Part shown: piece by piece, positions 23,270-33,375 of the stretch
Layout: the number at the start of each line of letters is the position of its first letter
Position numbering within the stretch: the stretch's first letter is position 1
Assembly (NCBI RefSeq): GCF_020745735.1
Contig: NC_083435.1
Coordinates: forward strand, 35,818,121-35,882,120
Length of the DNA: 64,000 nt
Direction: 5' to 3'
Source of the DNA: Hemiscyllium ocellatum
Taxonomy: Eukaryota
Made by a program: the position numbers and the translations under genes
The notes under the pieces: generated by a model
The model's database searches: none
Seen by the model: only the letters and a program-made list of their open reading frames with translations
What the model was told of the DNA's origin: nothing

Positions 23270-24650
23270 GAGAGGTTTCTTTAAATGTTTATCAGAAATT
23301 TAACAATATCAGTGTGGGTCCTGTACAAACTGAGTCTGGGGAGTTAGTAATGGAGGATCAGGAAATAGCAGACAAATTGAACAAATATTTTACATCGATC
23401 TTTGCAAAAGAGGATACAAGTGACATCCCAAACAAAGCTATAAATCAGGAATGGTGAGGGTGGGTGAAATGCAAGAAAACTATAATTACCTCAATGGAAT
23501 ACTAAGTAAGCTGCTGGAACTGGGAGATGACAAGTCCCAGGCCCTAATGAATGTTACTCTTGGGTCTTAAAAGAAGTAGCTTGTGAGAAAATTAATGCGA
23601 TCGTTTTCATTTTCGCAAACTCATTAAATTTAGGGAAGATGCTCTTACATTGCAAAGTTGCAATTATAGCTCCTTTATACAAAACGGGGGGAGGCGAAAA
23701 GCAGGAAATTATGCTAACGAAAGTGAGCTTAACAACTGTCATAGAGATAATGTTAGAAGGTATTATTAAAGATTGTATAACAGGGCACTTTGGATTCATT
23801 CAAGACAATCAGGCAGAACCATAACATCTTTGTCAAAGGGAAATCAAGTTTAACTGATTTATTGGAGTTATTTGAAGAAGTAATTTATGCTGCAGAGAAA
23901 AGGGAACCAGTAGATGTATTCAGATATCCAGAAAGTATTTAATAAGGATCACATCAAAAGATATTGCAGATTGTAAACTCTTCTGGCGTCAGGTGTATCA
24001 TATTGGTTTAGACAGAAGAGCGGCTGGCTAACAGGAATCAGAGAGTAGGGAATAAGTGGGACTTTTTCAGGGCGGAAGTGGGTACTGCAGATGCTGGAGA
24101 TTAGAGTCAAGATCAGAGTGGTGCTGGAAAAGCACAGCAGGTCAGGCAGCATCCGAGGAGCAGGGAAATCGACGCTTCAGGCAAAAACCCTTCTTCAGGA
24201 ATTCCAAAATGTCAACTTTCCTGCTCCTCAGATGTTGGCTGACCTGCTGAGCTTTTCCAGCACCACTCTTGGTCTTTTTTCAGCCTGGCATGATATCATT
24301 AACGGTGTGCCATAGGCTCATTGCCAGCATCTCAACTGTTTACAATTGGTATTCATGATGTGGATCAAGGGATCAAAGGTATGGCAGCTAAGTTTGCTGA
24401 TGATACAAGAAAAGGAGACAAAAGGAACCTACAAGGGGTGTAGATAATTTAAGTGAGCGGGCAATGATTTGGCAAATGGAGTGCACTGTGGGAAAGTGTG
24501 AAACTGTCCAGTTTGACAGCAAGAATTAAAAGAGTATGTATCTAATGTTGTGAGGGATCCTAGAGTGCTGAAGTGAAAGCGAAATGGTGTCTCGGTGCAT
24601 GAATCAGAGAAGGTTAGTCGACAGGCACAGCAAGTAATCAGGAAAACTAA
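23270..24650 (+). mobile_element. Old CR1 ORF2 interior interrupted by a palindromic insertion (copy B 58895-60281)
   Basis: Decayed IADKLNKYFTSIFAKED.., LLELFEEV and KFADDT segments. Confidence 0.75.
24108..24269. mobile_element. Head-to-head palindrome of Penelope termini (copy B 59733-59901)
   Basis: Arms 24108-24173 and 24211-24269 are reverse complements around a 37-nt loop. Confidence 0.8.
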
Positions 24651-24651
24651 T

Positions 24652-26795
24652 TGAAATAACTTCACAGAGGCTGGTACTCTGTCACTGAGTCACCCTTTAT
24701 TTACTTGTGTGCAGTTCTCTGGCTGAGACCAGCCAGTTCGGGGCCAGTCCCATGAACCAATGAGACTCTGATTCTCCTATTTATATTTGTTTGTTTTTGG
24801 TTATCCCCACATTACTACAATACAATAGTGTTACTTGTTCTCCCCCACAGCACCTGGGTTGTGTGTGTGTGTAAGTGCACGGCCTCAGTGAAAATCCCAT
24901 TGTGCAAATAACTTTACTCAATATTTCTACCACCAGGAAAAATACCCACGTGGCCAAAGAACCAGAAACAAGCAAGACCCAAAAGGGGTGATGCTTACAT
25001 GAAAATCACGGTGAAGCGGGAGGGTGGGGATTAAATGAAATTAGAATTGGAGAGCAATCCACAGACCCAAAGTGCCTATCTCTAATTCCCCGTGTTTATA
25101 TTTTTCTTCAAGGTATGATGTTGGAAATGCTTATTCCAATTCCAAGATGGTTGTTGCAAGCAAATGTTCTTTAGGCACATCCTGTCTTCTCCCCTCACCA
25201 CTGAAATAACTGCACGAAAGCTGGTATCCCAACACCAAGGCCCCCTTTATGTATTTGGGCGCAGTACACTGGCTGTGGCGAGCTAGCTCAGGTTCAGCTC
25301 CCTGCACTGAGGAGATTTTAATCCTCTGATTTTATACATACATATTTGATATATATATAAAATGTTAATACTCCTACACTACTGCAGTAAGGCTTATATT
25401 CCCCAGCACCAGTGTTTGTGTCTGTGTGCAGGTGTAAGACACGGTCAAAAAGGCCAAGTGTAAATAACTTTATTCACACTGTGCCACCAGGAAAGACCCC
25501 CGTGTGGCGAGTGGCCAGGGAGAAACACAGCCCGGAGTGAGCATTGCTCACGTGAGAAAGGTGAACAGGAGGGAACGGGCTAAATCAAAACCGAGTTGGA
25601 GAGGGAAATAAAGCACCCCATCCCCTCCCCACGGTGCCCACCTCTAATCCCCAGTTTATATATTCATTCTTTCCTTTTTTAGCTCAAAGAAACAAAACAG
25701 AAACAAAAAAAAAAGGAAGGCAATGTCTCAGACCAAGAGGAATTTTCCACAGAGGGCACTGGCTGCGGCCGACCAACTCACAGTCAGTCCCCGGAACTGA
25801 GGAGATTCTCATCTCCTGGTTTTATATATTGGTGGGCGGCACGGTGGCACAGTGGTTAGCACTGCTGCCTCACAGTGCCTGAAACCCGGGTTCAATTCCC
25901 GACTCAGGCGACTGACTGTGTGGAGTTTGCACGATCTCCCCGTGTCTGCGTGGGTTTCCTCCGGGTGCTCCGGTTTCCTCCCACAGTCCAAAGATGTGCG
26001 GGTCAGGTGAATTGGCCATGCTAAATTGCCCGTAGTGTTAGGTAAGGGGTAAATGTAGGGGTATGGGTGGGTTGCGCTTTGACGGATCGGTGTGGACTTG
26101 TTGGGCCGAAGGGCCTGTTTCCACACTGTAAGTAATCTAATCTAATATTCACGTGTATGGATATTCTTTATTTCTGTTCTTCCACACAGAGAAGAAACAT
26201 CAAGTGCAAAAAAACTTCATTCATATTCCACCACAGGAAGACCAAAGCACCCACGTGGCCAGTGATAAGCAGAGCCCTTCTCATCAAAGGGAGGGCAGGG
26301 ATTAAATCAAAATAGAGTTGGAGGGAGAAATAAAGCACTCCACGCCCTGGGGTGCCCACCTCTCCCTCACACCCTCGGGGGTGTTGGGTTGACACTGCGT
26401 GCTCCTTCTTCAGGGATACCTGGGCCCAAACAGTCCCCTGGTGAATATTTTCTTTATTGAGGAGTTTCTAAATCTCCTGGTTATATATTTTTAATTCATC
26501 CCCCCCACACAGACACACCCACGTTACCACCTAACAGCAGTAGTGCTTATATTTTTCCCCAGCCCCCATCTGGTGTGTGTGCAGGTGTCGAACACAGTGA
26601 AGAACAATAAGTGTGTAAACCATTATTTATATTTCACCACCAGGAAGAATGGAAACACCAGGGTGGCCAGTGACAAGCAGTGTCCTTTTCAGAGGGCGTT
26701 GCTGCGTGATCAAAAAGGTGAAGGGGAGGGCAGAGATTAAATCAAAACAGAGTTAGAGGGGAAATAATGCCCTCCACTCCCTGTGACGCCCACCC
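24652..26795 (-). repeat. Four diverged tandem modules, each joining a Tx1 3' end to an LTR-like segment
   Basis: Recurring blocks (CTGGCTG..GAGGAGATT..TTTATAT; CCACCAGGA..GTGGCC; ATTAAATCAAAA..GAGTTGGAG) start at about 24652, 25202, 25738 and 26440. TGAAATAACT occurs at 24652 and 25202. Confidence 0.65.
25834..26146 (+). mobile_element. HE1-type SINE, well-preserved copy
   Basis: Pol III A box TGGCACAGTGG (25845), B box GGTTCAATTCC (25889), CR1-like tail ending TAATCTAATCTAAT. Confidence 0.9.
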
Positions 26796-27920
26796 GAGGA
26801 AACTGGTGAAGTCCACATTGATGCCGGGTGATTGGAAGGTCCCAAGGTGGAAGATGAGGTGTTCTTCCTCCAGGCGTCGGATGGTTGGAGGGTGGCGATG
26901 GAGGAGATCCAGGATTTGCATGTCCTTGACGGAGTGGGAGGGAGAATTGAAGTATTCAGCCACAGGGTGGTGGGGTTGGTTGGTGTGGGTGTCCCAGAGA
27001 TGTTCTCTAAAGGGCTCTGCAAGTCGGCGTCCTGTCCCCCCAATGTAGAGAAGACCTCATTGATCTTTTTATTTCAAACTGCCGCCTTGATCACCTTAAC
27101 CTGTCTACCACCCCTCCCCCCACTCCAACCTCTCACCCTCGCAACACATAGCCCTCCACTCCCTCCGTTCCAACCTCAACTTCACCATCAAACCAGCGGA
27201 TAAAGGGAGTGCAGTGGTAGTTTGGCACACTGACCTCTACACCGCTGAAGCCAGGCGCCAATTCGAAGACACCTCCTCCTACTGCCCCCTTGACCATGAA
27301 CTCACCTCCCAACACCAAACCATCATCTGCCAGACCATACACTACCTCATCACCTCAGAGGACCTCTCACCCACAGTTTCCAACACCAAGGTTCGGGAAC
27401 CCTGCACTTCATGGTTCTGTCTCCTACCCAAGATCCACAAGCCTGACTACCCTGGCCAACCTATCATCTCGGCCTGCTCCTGTTCCACCAAACTAGCCTC
27501 CACCAACCTTGATACTGTCCTATCCCCCCGGTCCAGAAACTCCCCACATACATTCGGGACACCACCCATGCCCTCTGCCTCTTCCAGGACATTCATTTCC
27601 CTGGTCCCCAGTGCCTCATCTTCACCATGGACAGCCAGTCCCTATACACCTCCATCTGCTATGACCAAGCCCTCCGTTCTTCCTCTCCCAGTGTCCCCAC
27701 CAGGACCACTTCACTGACACTCACATTTGTTTGACTGAACTAGTCCTCACTCTCAAGAATTTCTCCTTCGAATCCTCCCAGTTCCTCCAGATGAAAGGTG
27801 TAGCCATGGGCAGCCGCATGCGCCCCAGCTATGCTGGTCTCTTTGTTTATGTGGAATAGTCTATCTTCCAACAGTTCCACTGGCACCTCTCCACGTTTCC
27901 CTCCGCTACATTGATGGCTG
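26796..27920. mobile_element. Penelope-like element: inverted GIY-YIG piece (26796-27058, -) plus sense RT (27072 onward, +), cut by the gap
   Basis: - strand: AEYFNSPSHS..LEEEHLIFHLGT. + strand: TIKPADKGSAVVVWHTDLY..LLPKIHKPDYPGQPIIS. Confidence 0.88.
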
Positions 27921-27933
27921 NNNNNNNNNNNNN
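27921..27933. other. Assembly gap, exactly 13 N
   Basis: A run of 13 n cuts a Penelope RT region that continues uninterrupted in copy B (63553 onward). Confidence 0.99.
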
Positions 27934-27959
27934 TTTACTCAATCTCATTCCAACTTCTC

Positions 27960-28330
27960 CTTTACAATAGCTTGAGAGACAGCAATATCTCATCTTTCTA
28001 TTTGCAACCTTCCAGACTCAACATCAAATTCAACAATTTTACTTCCAAATTGCCGACACCATTGTTTTTGGGTGATGTGTTTTGGCGATGTTTCTGTGAT
28101 TCCTATCAATATGCCATTGAAATACACCTTTACATGTCCCACTGCTATTTCCTCCTGCCTTGCTCTCACCATCACTTCACCATTTCGCCTTCCGCTCTCT
28201 GCCGTCTTCTTTCTGCATTGCCTCCTGTTCTTATCGCACCACCGCATTTTTCCCTGCGCTCCACAAACATAGAATCTGCAACATTTTTGGCCTTTTCCCA
28301 GTTCTGATCAAAGTTCACAGAACTGAAACG
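27960..28330 (+). mobile_element. Highly decayed Penelope 3' fragment
   Basis: ..LQPSRLNIKFNNF.. remnant and a CUGAUCA..GAAAC hammerhead relic at about 28303-28330. Confidence 0.4.
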
Positions 28331-28579
28331 TTTTGATTTTGTGAAAGTGCGATCCATTGGATGTGATCGACACTGACAGAATGCCGCAGTTCCGTTTGTC
28401 GCCAGGAGGTGGCAGCCCTGTACCATCAGCGTCACCTGCGGGATAATGTTTTGCTTGCAGTACCAGACACCACCAGCAGGTGGACATATTGCACCGACTG
28501 GGACAAAACTGTTCAGATCCATTCAATGTGACAGGAGGCACAGAGGGGAAAATTGTCTAGAAATACCGCACCTTAAAAT

Positions 28580-29000
28580 CCAATGGTCTTACCGTCCCTG
28601 AATCCACCAGGACCAACATCCTTGGGTTACCATTGACCAGAAACACCACTGGACTCAGCACATACACACAGAGGCTACAAGAACAGTCAGAGACTCGGAA
28701 TACTGCGGTGAGTAAGTCACCTCCTGACTCTCCAACACCTCTCCATTACCTACAAGGCACAAGCCAGGAGCCCTCTTACCTGGATAGGTGCAGCTCCAAC
28801 AACACTCAAGGAGCTTGACACCTTCCAAACCCACGGCCACTTCCATCAGGAAGGAGATGGGCAGCAGATATACAGGAACACCACCACCCTCAAATTCCCC
28901 TCCAAGCCATTCACCATCCTGATTTGGAAATATATTACTGTTCATTCACTGTCACTGGGAGAACATTCTGGAATTCCCACCCTCAGGGCACTCACCCCAT
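28580..29000 (+). mobile_element. L2-type LINE 3' fragments
   Basis: Homologous to 13850-14100 and 15020-15100 (CACCATCCTGATTTGGAAATAT shared). Confidence 0.75.
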
Positions 29001-29156
29001 TTGGATGATGTTTTGATCTCTGCCCTTGGCTTCCTGCCCATAAATTCTGTTTCCTGTGCTTCCCTCTCACTCCACCTGACCAAGGGCTGATGCTCCAAAC
29101 ACCAGTGATTCCGAAGGAACCGATTGGACTCTAACCTGGTGTCATGGGAATTCTGA

Positions 29157-29402
29157 CAGTAACCTGGGACACACCAGGTCTATCATTAACCAGGGTCAGT
29201 AACCTGGGATACACCCGGTCTATCACTAACCTGGATCAGGAACCTGGGACATAACTGGTCTATCACTAACCAGGGTCAGTAACTGGGACACACCCGATCT
29301 ATCACTAACCAGGGTCAGTAACCTGGGATACACCCGGTCTATCACTAACCAGGGTCAGTAACCTGGGACACACCCGGTCTATCACTAACCAGAGTCTGTA
29401 AC
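29157..29402. repeat. Second 40-bp minisatellite, 6 units (CAGTAACCTGGGACACACCCGGTCTATCACTAACCAGGGT)
   Basis: Units start at 29157, 29197, 29237, 29277 (39 bp), 29316 and 29356. Confidence 0.95.
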
Positions 29403-29564
29403 GTGCGACCCTGTTTTACTCGTGGTTCTGCCCAAACCATTGTCTCCCTGACCTTTGTCCTGGAACAGTAACCGAGGAGACAGCAGGTTTATCTCAGAGA
29501 AAGATAAAGTGGAATAAAGTCAATGTGAACATAAGGAAACGAAGTCTCGGACACCACACATCAC

Positions 29565-29850
29565 ATGACAGGCGAGACAAAGACACACACGAGAATCCTT
29601 AGAGACACGGCACTCGAACCAGAACTCCATCAATAAACACATCCATTTCGATCCTATCGACCTACCCTTGAATAAAAGAACCGGAAATGACATCACCCAC
29701 CTTATAAACAGAGAGACAGGACATCCCACCGGGGCTTCACCGGAGACTCTCACTGAGGGTGTGACTGCATATGCTGATGAAACATCTGAAAACAAGCCTT
29801 CCAGCTCAGTGAGCTAACTTACAGACTTATCATCAAACTGAGCTACAAAT
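29565..29850 (+). mobile_element. Penelope-like 3' end (relative of the 9499 family)
   Basis: QARQRHTRESLETRHSNQNSINKHIHFDP.. and a terminal AGCTACAAATCTTCTCAAAA. Confidence 0.7.
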
Positions 29851-30267
29851 CTTCTCAAAAACCGCTAAGGTGCTGAAGTGTTCCTTTTTGCCAGAGAACA
29901 TCTGGAGAGAGATATTGAGGAGAAACTCCTGCCCAGGGAACACCTGGAGTGAGGAATTCAGGATAACCTGGGGCAGGTCTATGGTTCACCACCAGAACCA
30001 GGAAAGGTGTTGGGTGAATGAATCCAGATTGAAATGAAGAGAAACAGGAATATTTGGGAGGATGAAGTGTGAGACCATGGGGGACAGTCACTGTGTGAAC
30101 AGTCTCTCTGTCAAACAGGGGGATGGACAATCCCGAGCAGGATCCCCACTGTCCTTCACTGAGCTTTTTAATCAGCCCTTTATACACGGCCAGTAGGATG
30201 TTGGTGTCTGAGATAACCCGGCCTATTCAACCAAGAGGGCATCACAGCTGGGCCTAGGCTGGGTAGT

Positions 30268-31070
30268 GAGTTTTATTCAGATAAAGTTGATGTGTTGAAT
30301 TTTGGGAAAGCAAATCTTAGCAGGGCTTATACACTTAATGGTAAAGTCCTAGGGAGTGTTGCTGAACAATGAGACCTTGGACTGCAGGTTCATAGCTCCT
30401 TGAAAGTGGAGTCGCAGGTCGATAAGTTAGTGAAGGTGTTTGGTATGCTTTCCTTTTTTGGTCAGATTATTGAGTACAGGAGTTGGGAGATCATGTTGCA
30501 ACTGTACAGGACATTGGTTCAGCCATTTTCAGAAGATTGCATACAATTCTGGTCTCCTTCCTTTCATGAGGATGTTGTGAAACTTGAATGATTTACAAGG
30601 ATGTTGCCAGGGTTGGAGGATCTGAGCTATAGGGAGAGGCTGAACAGGCTGGGGATGTTTTCCCTGGAGTGTCGGAGGCTGAGGGGTGACCTTATCGAGC
30701 TTTATAAAATCATGTGGGACATGGATAGGATAAATAGGCAAAGTATTTTTCCTAGGATGGAGGAGCCAGAACTAGAGGACATGGTTTTAAGGTGAGAGGG
30801 AAAAGGAATAAAAGAGACGTAAGGGGCAATGTTTTCCCACAGAGGGTGGTGCGTGTATGGAATGAGCTGCCAGAGGATGTGGTGGAGGCTGGTACAATTG
30901 CAACATTTAAAAGGCACCTGGATGGGTATATGAATAGGAAGGGTTTATAGAGGGATATGGGCCAAGTGCTGGCAAATGGGATGAGATTAGTTTGGGATAT
31001 CTGGTCAGTGTGGACAGCTTGGACTGACAGGTCTGTTTCCGTGTTGTACATCTCTATAACTCTATGACTG
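30268..31070 (+). mobile_element. CR1 3' about 800 bp
   Basis: IEYRSWEIMLQLYRTLVQP..MLPGLEDLSYRERLNRLG..; tail CTATAACTCTATGACT. Confidence 0.9.
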
Positions 31071-31310
31071 ACTAAGTGTCTAAGTGACTCTGATTCCTTG
31101 CTTATTCCCTGTTCTGAGAGGCTGCAGCAACTAATTCTGACCCAGTTGAATCTGGCTTTGTTTATAATATCAGACAGGACTCTGACAGTGTGATGATGTG
31201 GTGAATTATTGGTGCTTGTCACTGTCACTGTACGGATGGGACCTCACTTTGTACTGAGAGGAATGTGGATGAGTGTTTGTTAAAATGTCCCTTTAATTTT
31301 TGTTTTCCAG

Positions 31311-31545
31311 ACAGCAATTTCAGGTACTGAAGATTTTCCTGTTGTAACAAAAGTTGCCATGGTGAATGGAGTTAGAGTTAATTATCATGACTGTAATATT
31401 CAATAAACACTGGTCAGGCAGCAATTCATGGCAGAATCTTCCAATCAGTCAGACTGGAAGTAAATCACAGCATTTGGAAACAATCATTCAAACTTCACCA
31501 AGAAATATCTGTGTACAATAAAGAAGAGCATGAACCAGACACCAG
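31311..31545 (+). pseudogene. MHC class I-like heavy chain, alpha1-domain exon remnant
   Basis: Translates TAISGTEDFPVVTKVAMVNGVRVNYHDCNIQ*TLVRQQFMAESSNQSDWK*ITAFGNNHSNFTKKYLCTIKKSMNQTP(G), matching the class I alpha1 pattern including the terminal NQT glycosylation site. TAA stops at 31404 and 31461. The phase-1 end is followed by GGGAGA (a probable mutated GT donor). Polypyrimidine-CAG at 31291-31310. Confidence 0.85.
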
Positions 31546-32191
31546 GGGAGAGAATTGATTCAGAAACTCCCCCTGGTCTGTCCGGTGTTCCCAGTCCCAT
31601 AGCCAGACTCCACACTGGAATACCATGAGTTATGGACACAGGGCAAGTTCTTCTGTTCTCTCTCTTTTTCCTGAAGAAGATATTTGGAAAGTTGTGATGC
31701 ACTGAGGAAGGTCAGGAGGTGGGTTTGGGATCAAGTGGGCACCTGGTTGGATGGTTAAGATTGTCCAGGGATGAGCAGCTTGTTGGATAATTCCTGTCAT
31801 CCCACTGGATCTCAGTGTCTATTCATATAGCAAAGCTGGGAATGGGAACTCGATCTTAACTAGGATTACGGAATGGGCAGTGTGGATCCAGGAGGCAGTG
31901 TGAACAGGGAATAGAAATCTCTGTAGGAAGTGTTTCTGAGAGATAAAGAAGGGGAGATGATCAAGGACAGAGTCAGTCCCTCGTGGAGAGAGACCGTGAG
32001 GGGAATCAATCGGCAGAAATGAATGTGCCGGAGTGTTTGCTGGAGAGGATGGCTCCCTGGTCCTGTTCAAACTGCCAGGGCTCAATCAAGATAATTAATT
32101 CCACACCTGCGCGGTCCAGCTCTAACTGACCAATCAGCTGATGAAACCGATGGGTTGGTGAAGGGGGGGGCTCCTGTCTGACCAACCTCAC

Positions 32192-32343
32192 TGACTGTGA
32201 GGGGGAGCTGACTGACACGGTGTGGAACAGGTTGGCTTTGGATCTGGTCCATATGGAGTTCCAGACGTTCATTGCTAAGGTTCCACACCACACAATTATT
32301 GACCATAAGAAGACTGTCGGAAATTGGAGGGGGTCAGGCAATG
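32192..32343 (-). pseudogene. Possible connecting-peptide/transmembrane exon of the class I-like gene
   Basis: Acceptor TTCTGATTTATTTCAG is phase-compatible with alpha3: (A)LPDPLQFPTVFLWSIIVWCGTLAMNVWNSIWTRSK, a hydrophobic run followed by basic residues. The donor (GTGAGG at 32191) is uncertain. Confidence 0.3.
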
Positions 32344-32723
32344 CTGAAATAAATCAGAACAATAGGGTTCCATTCAGCCGACACAGCCAAGAATCTCAGA
32401 ATTGACTCTCAACTAACGCGACTTGGAACATACACTACAATGACCACAATGTTCAAATTTTCATTATTTGTGAATAATTCAGAGATGGATCTACTTTTTA
32501 AAAAAATTCATCTTACTTCTAAACTCTTATCATGTGTGTTGCGTCCCGATTTTCTCTTGTAGTTAATATTAAATATACTCAGTTTTTATTAATGCTGGAT
32601 ACTCTGATTACATCAGAAAAATATCAGTACATTCAGGTGATTAACCAGGGCTGAATGCAGCCACACACAGACACAGACACAAGGGCAGATACAGATGCAC
32701 AAACATTGGGCCCAGTCCCTTAC

Positions 32724-33001
32724 CCCACTGATAGAGCTTGCCCTCTGCCAGGCTGCTGTGTTCAATTTGACAGGAGTATTGATCCTCATTCCCAGCATTG
32801 ATCTCAATCTCTTTCTGGATCTGATGGGTCCCATCGTGTTCGGTCGAACCCCTGAGGATTGGGTCTCAGACATGACCTCTCCATTCCTTAGCCAGGTCAC
32901 CTCGATGTCTACAGGATAAAACCCAGTGACCAGGCAGGAGAGAGTGAGTGGCTTGTCCTGACCATTGGGCTCCCTCCTGGAGATGAACACTTCAGGCTGA
33001 A
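32724..33001 (-). pseudogene. MHC class I-like heavy chain, alpha3 (Ig C1-set) exon with a 1-nt frameshift
   Basis: AG/GT-bounded, 278 nt, 112-nt intron from alpha2. VQPEVFISRREPNGQDKPLTLSCLVTGFYPVDIEVTWLRNGEVMSETQSSGVRPN then, after restoring 1 nt near 32838, HDGTHQIQKEIEINAGNEDQYSCQIEHSSLAEGKLYQW. Both Cys, the FYP motif, the Trp and the YxCxxxH motif are present. Confidence 0.93.
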
Positions 33002-33113
33002 CTGTGATGGGAAAGGGTGAAAACACAAACAACAGACAGACACTGAATGGAATGGGAGAACGGTTTCATAGATCAGTGAGGTTAGATCAGAACATTGAAA
33101 CTAAAATACGTAC

Positions 33114-33375
33114 CTTTCCTTGTGAAATATTCCTTTCCAGCTTTCAAGTATTGCTTCAAACATTGAACAGACACACCCAGCAAATATCGTTCCCAGTATT
33201 TGTTCCAAGATTCATCCGAATCTCATTTCTTCTTCGCCTTTTGTGCAAAGTGATTTGCGGCAACCCATCTCATCCTGTCTGGTTCTAAACTAATGTAGTC
33301 CTTTCTATCAAATCCAAATTGTATTGACCTCATCACTGACCTCAATGGAACATATCCATTGCAGAGTGTGAATTC
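33114..33375 (-). pseudogene. MHC class I-like heavy chain, alpha2-domain exon remnant
   Basis: Bounded by AG (33377-33376) and GT (33113-33112). Translates GIHTLQWICSIEVSDE..[frameshift]..QFGFDRKDYISLEPDRMRWVAANHFAQKAKKK*DSDESWNKYWERYLLGVSVQCLKQYLKAGKEYFTRK. Length is 262 nt (not a multiple of 3), with TGA at 33225-33223 in place of the conserved Trp147. Confidence 0.92.

Larger units (their letters stand above)
1..27920. repeat. Copy A of a >=27.9-kb near-identical direct duplication (may extend left of the window)
   Basis: Position 1 (GGGATGGAGTTTTTACAGGGGG) recurs at 35627. Nearly every ORF in the track recurs with an offset of 35,624-35,632. Copy A ends at the N gap. Confidence 0.98.

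Noticed and set aside
25834-25905. tRNA gene
   Set aside because: The A/B boxes are the head of an HE1-type SINE that continues into SINE body and LINE-like tail.
29855-30187. ORF containing PGYPEF as a second alpha1 exon
   Set aside because: A single hexapeptide match; flanking residues do not follow the alpha1 pattern.
32126-32137. CTGATTGG Y-box (minus strand) as an MHC SXY promoter; likewise the RFX-like GTCTCCATGGCAAC at 1200 with CCAAT near 1370
   Set aside because: There is no X box at the required spacing of about 20 bp from the Y box, and no adjacent start exon.
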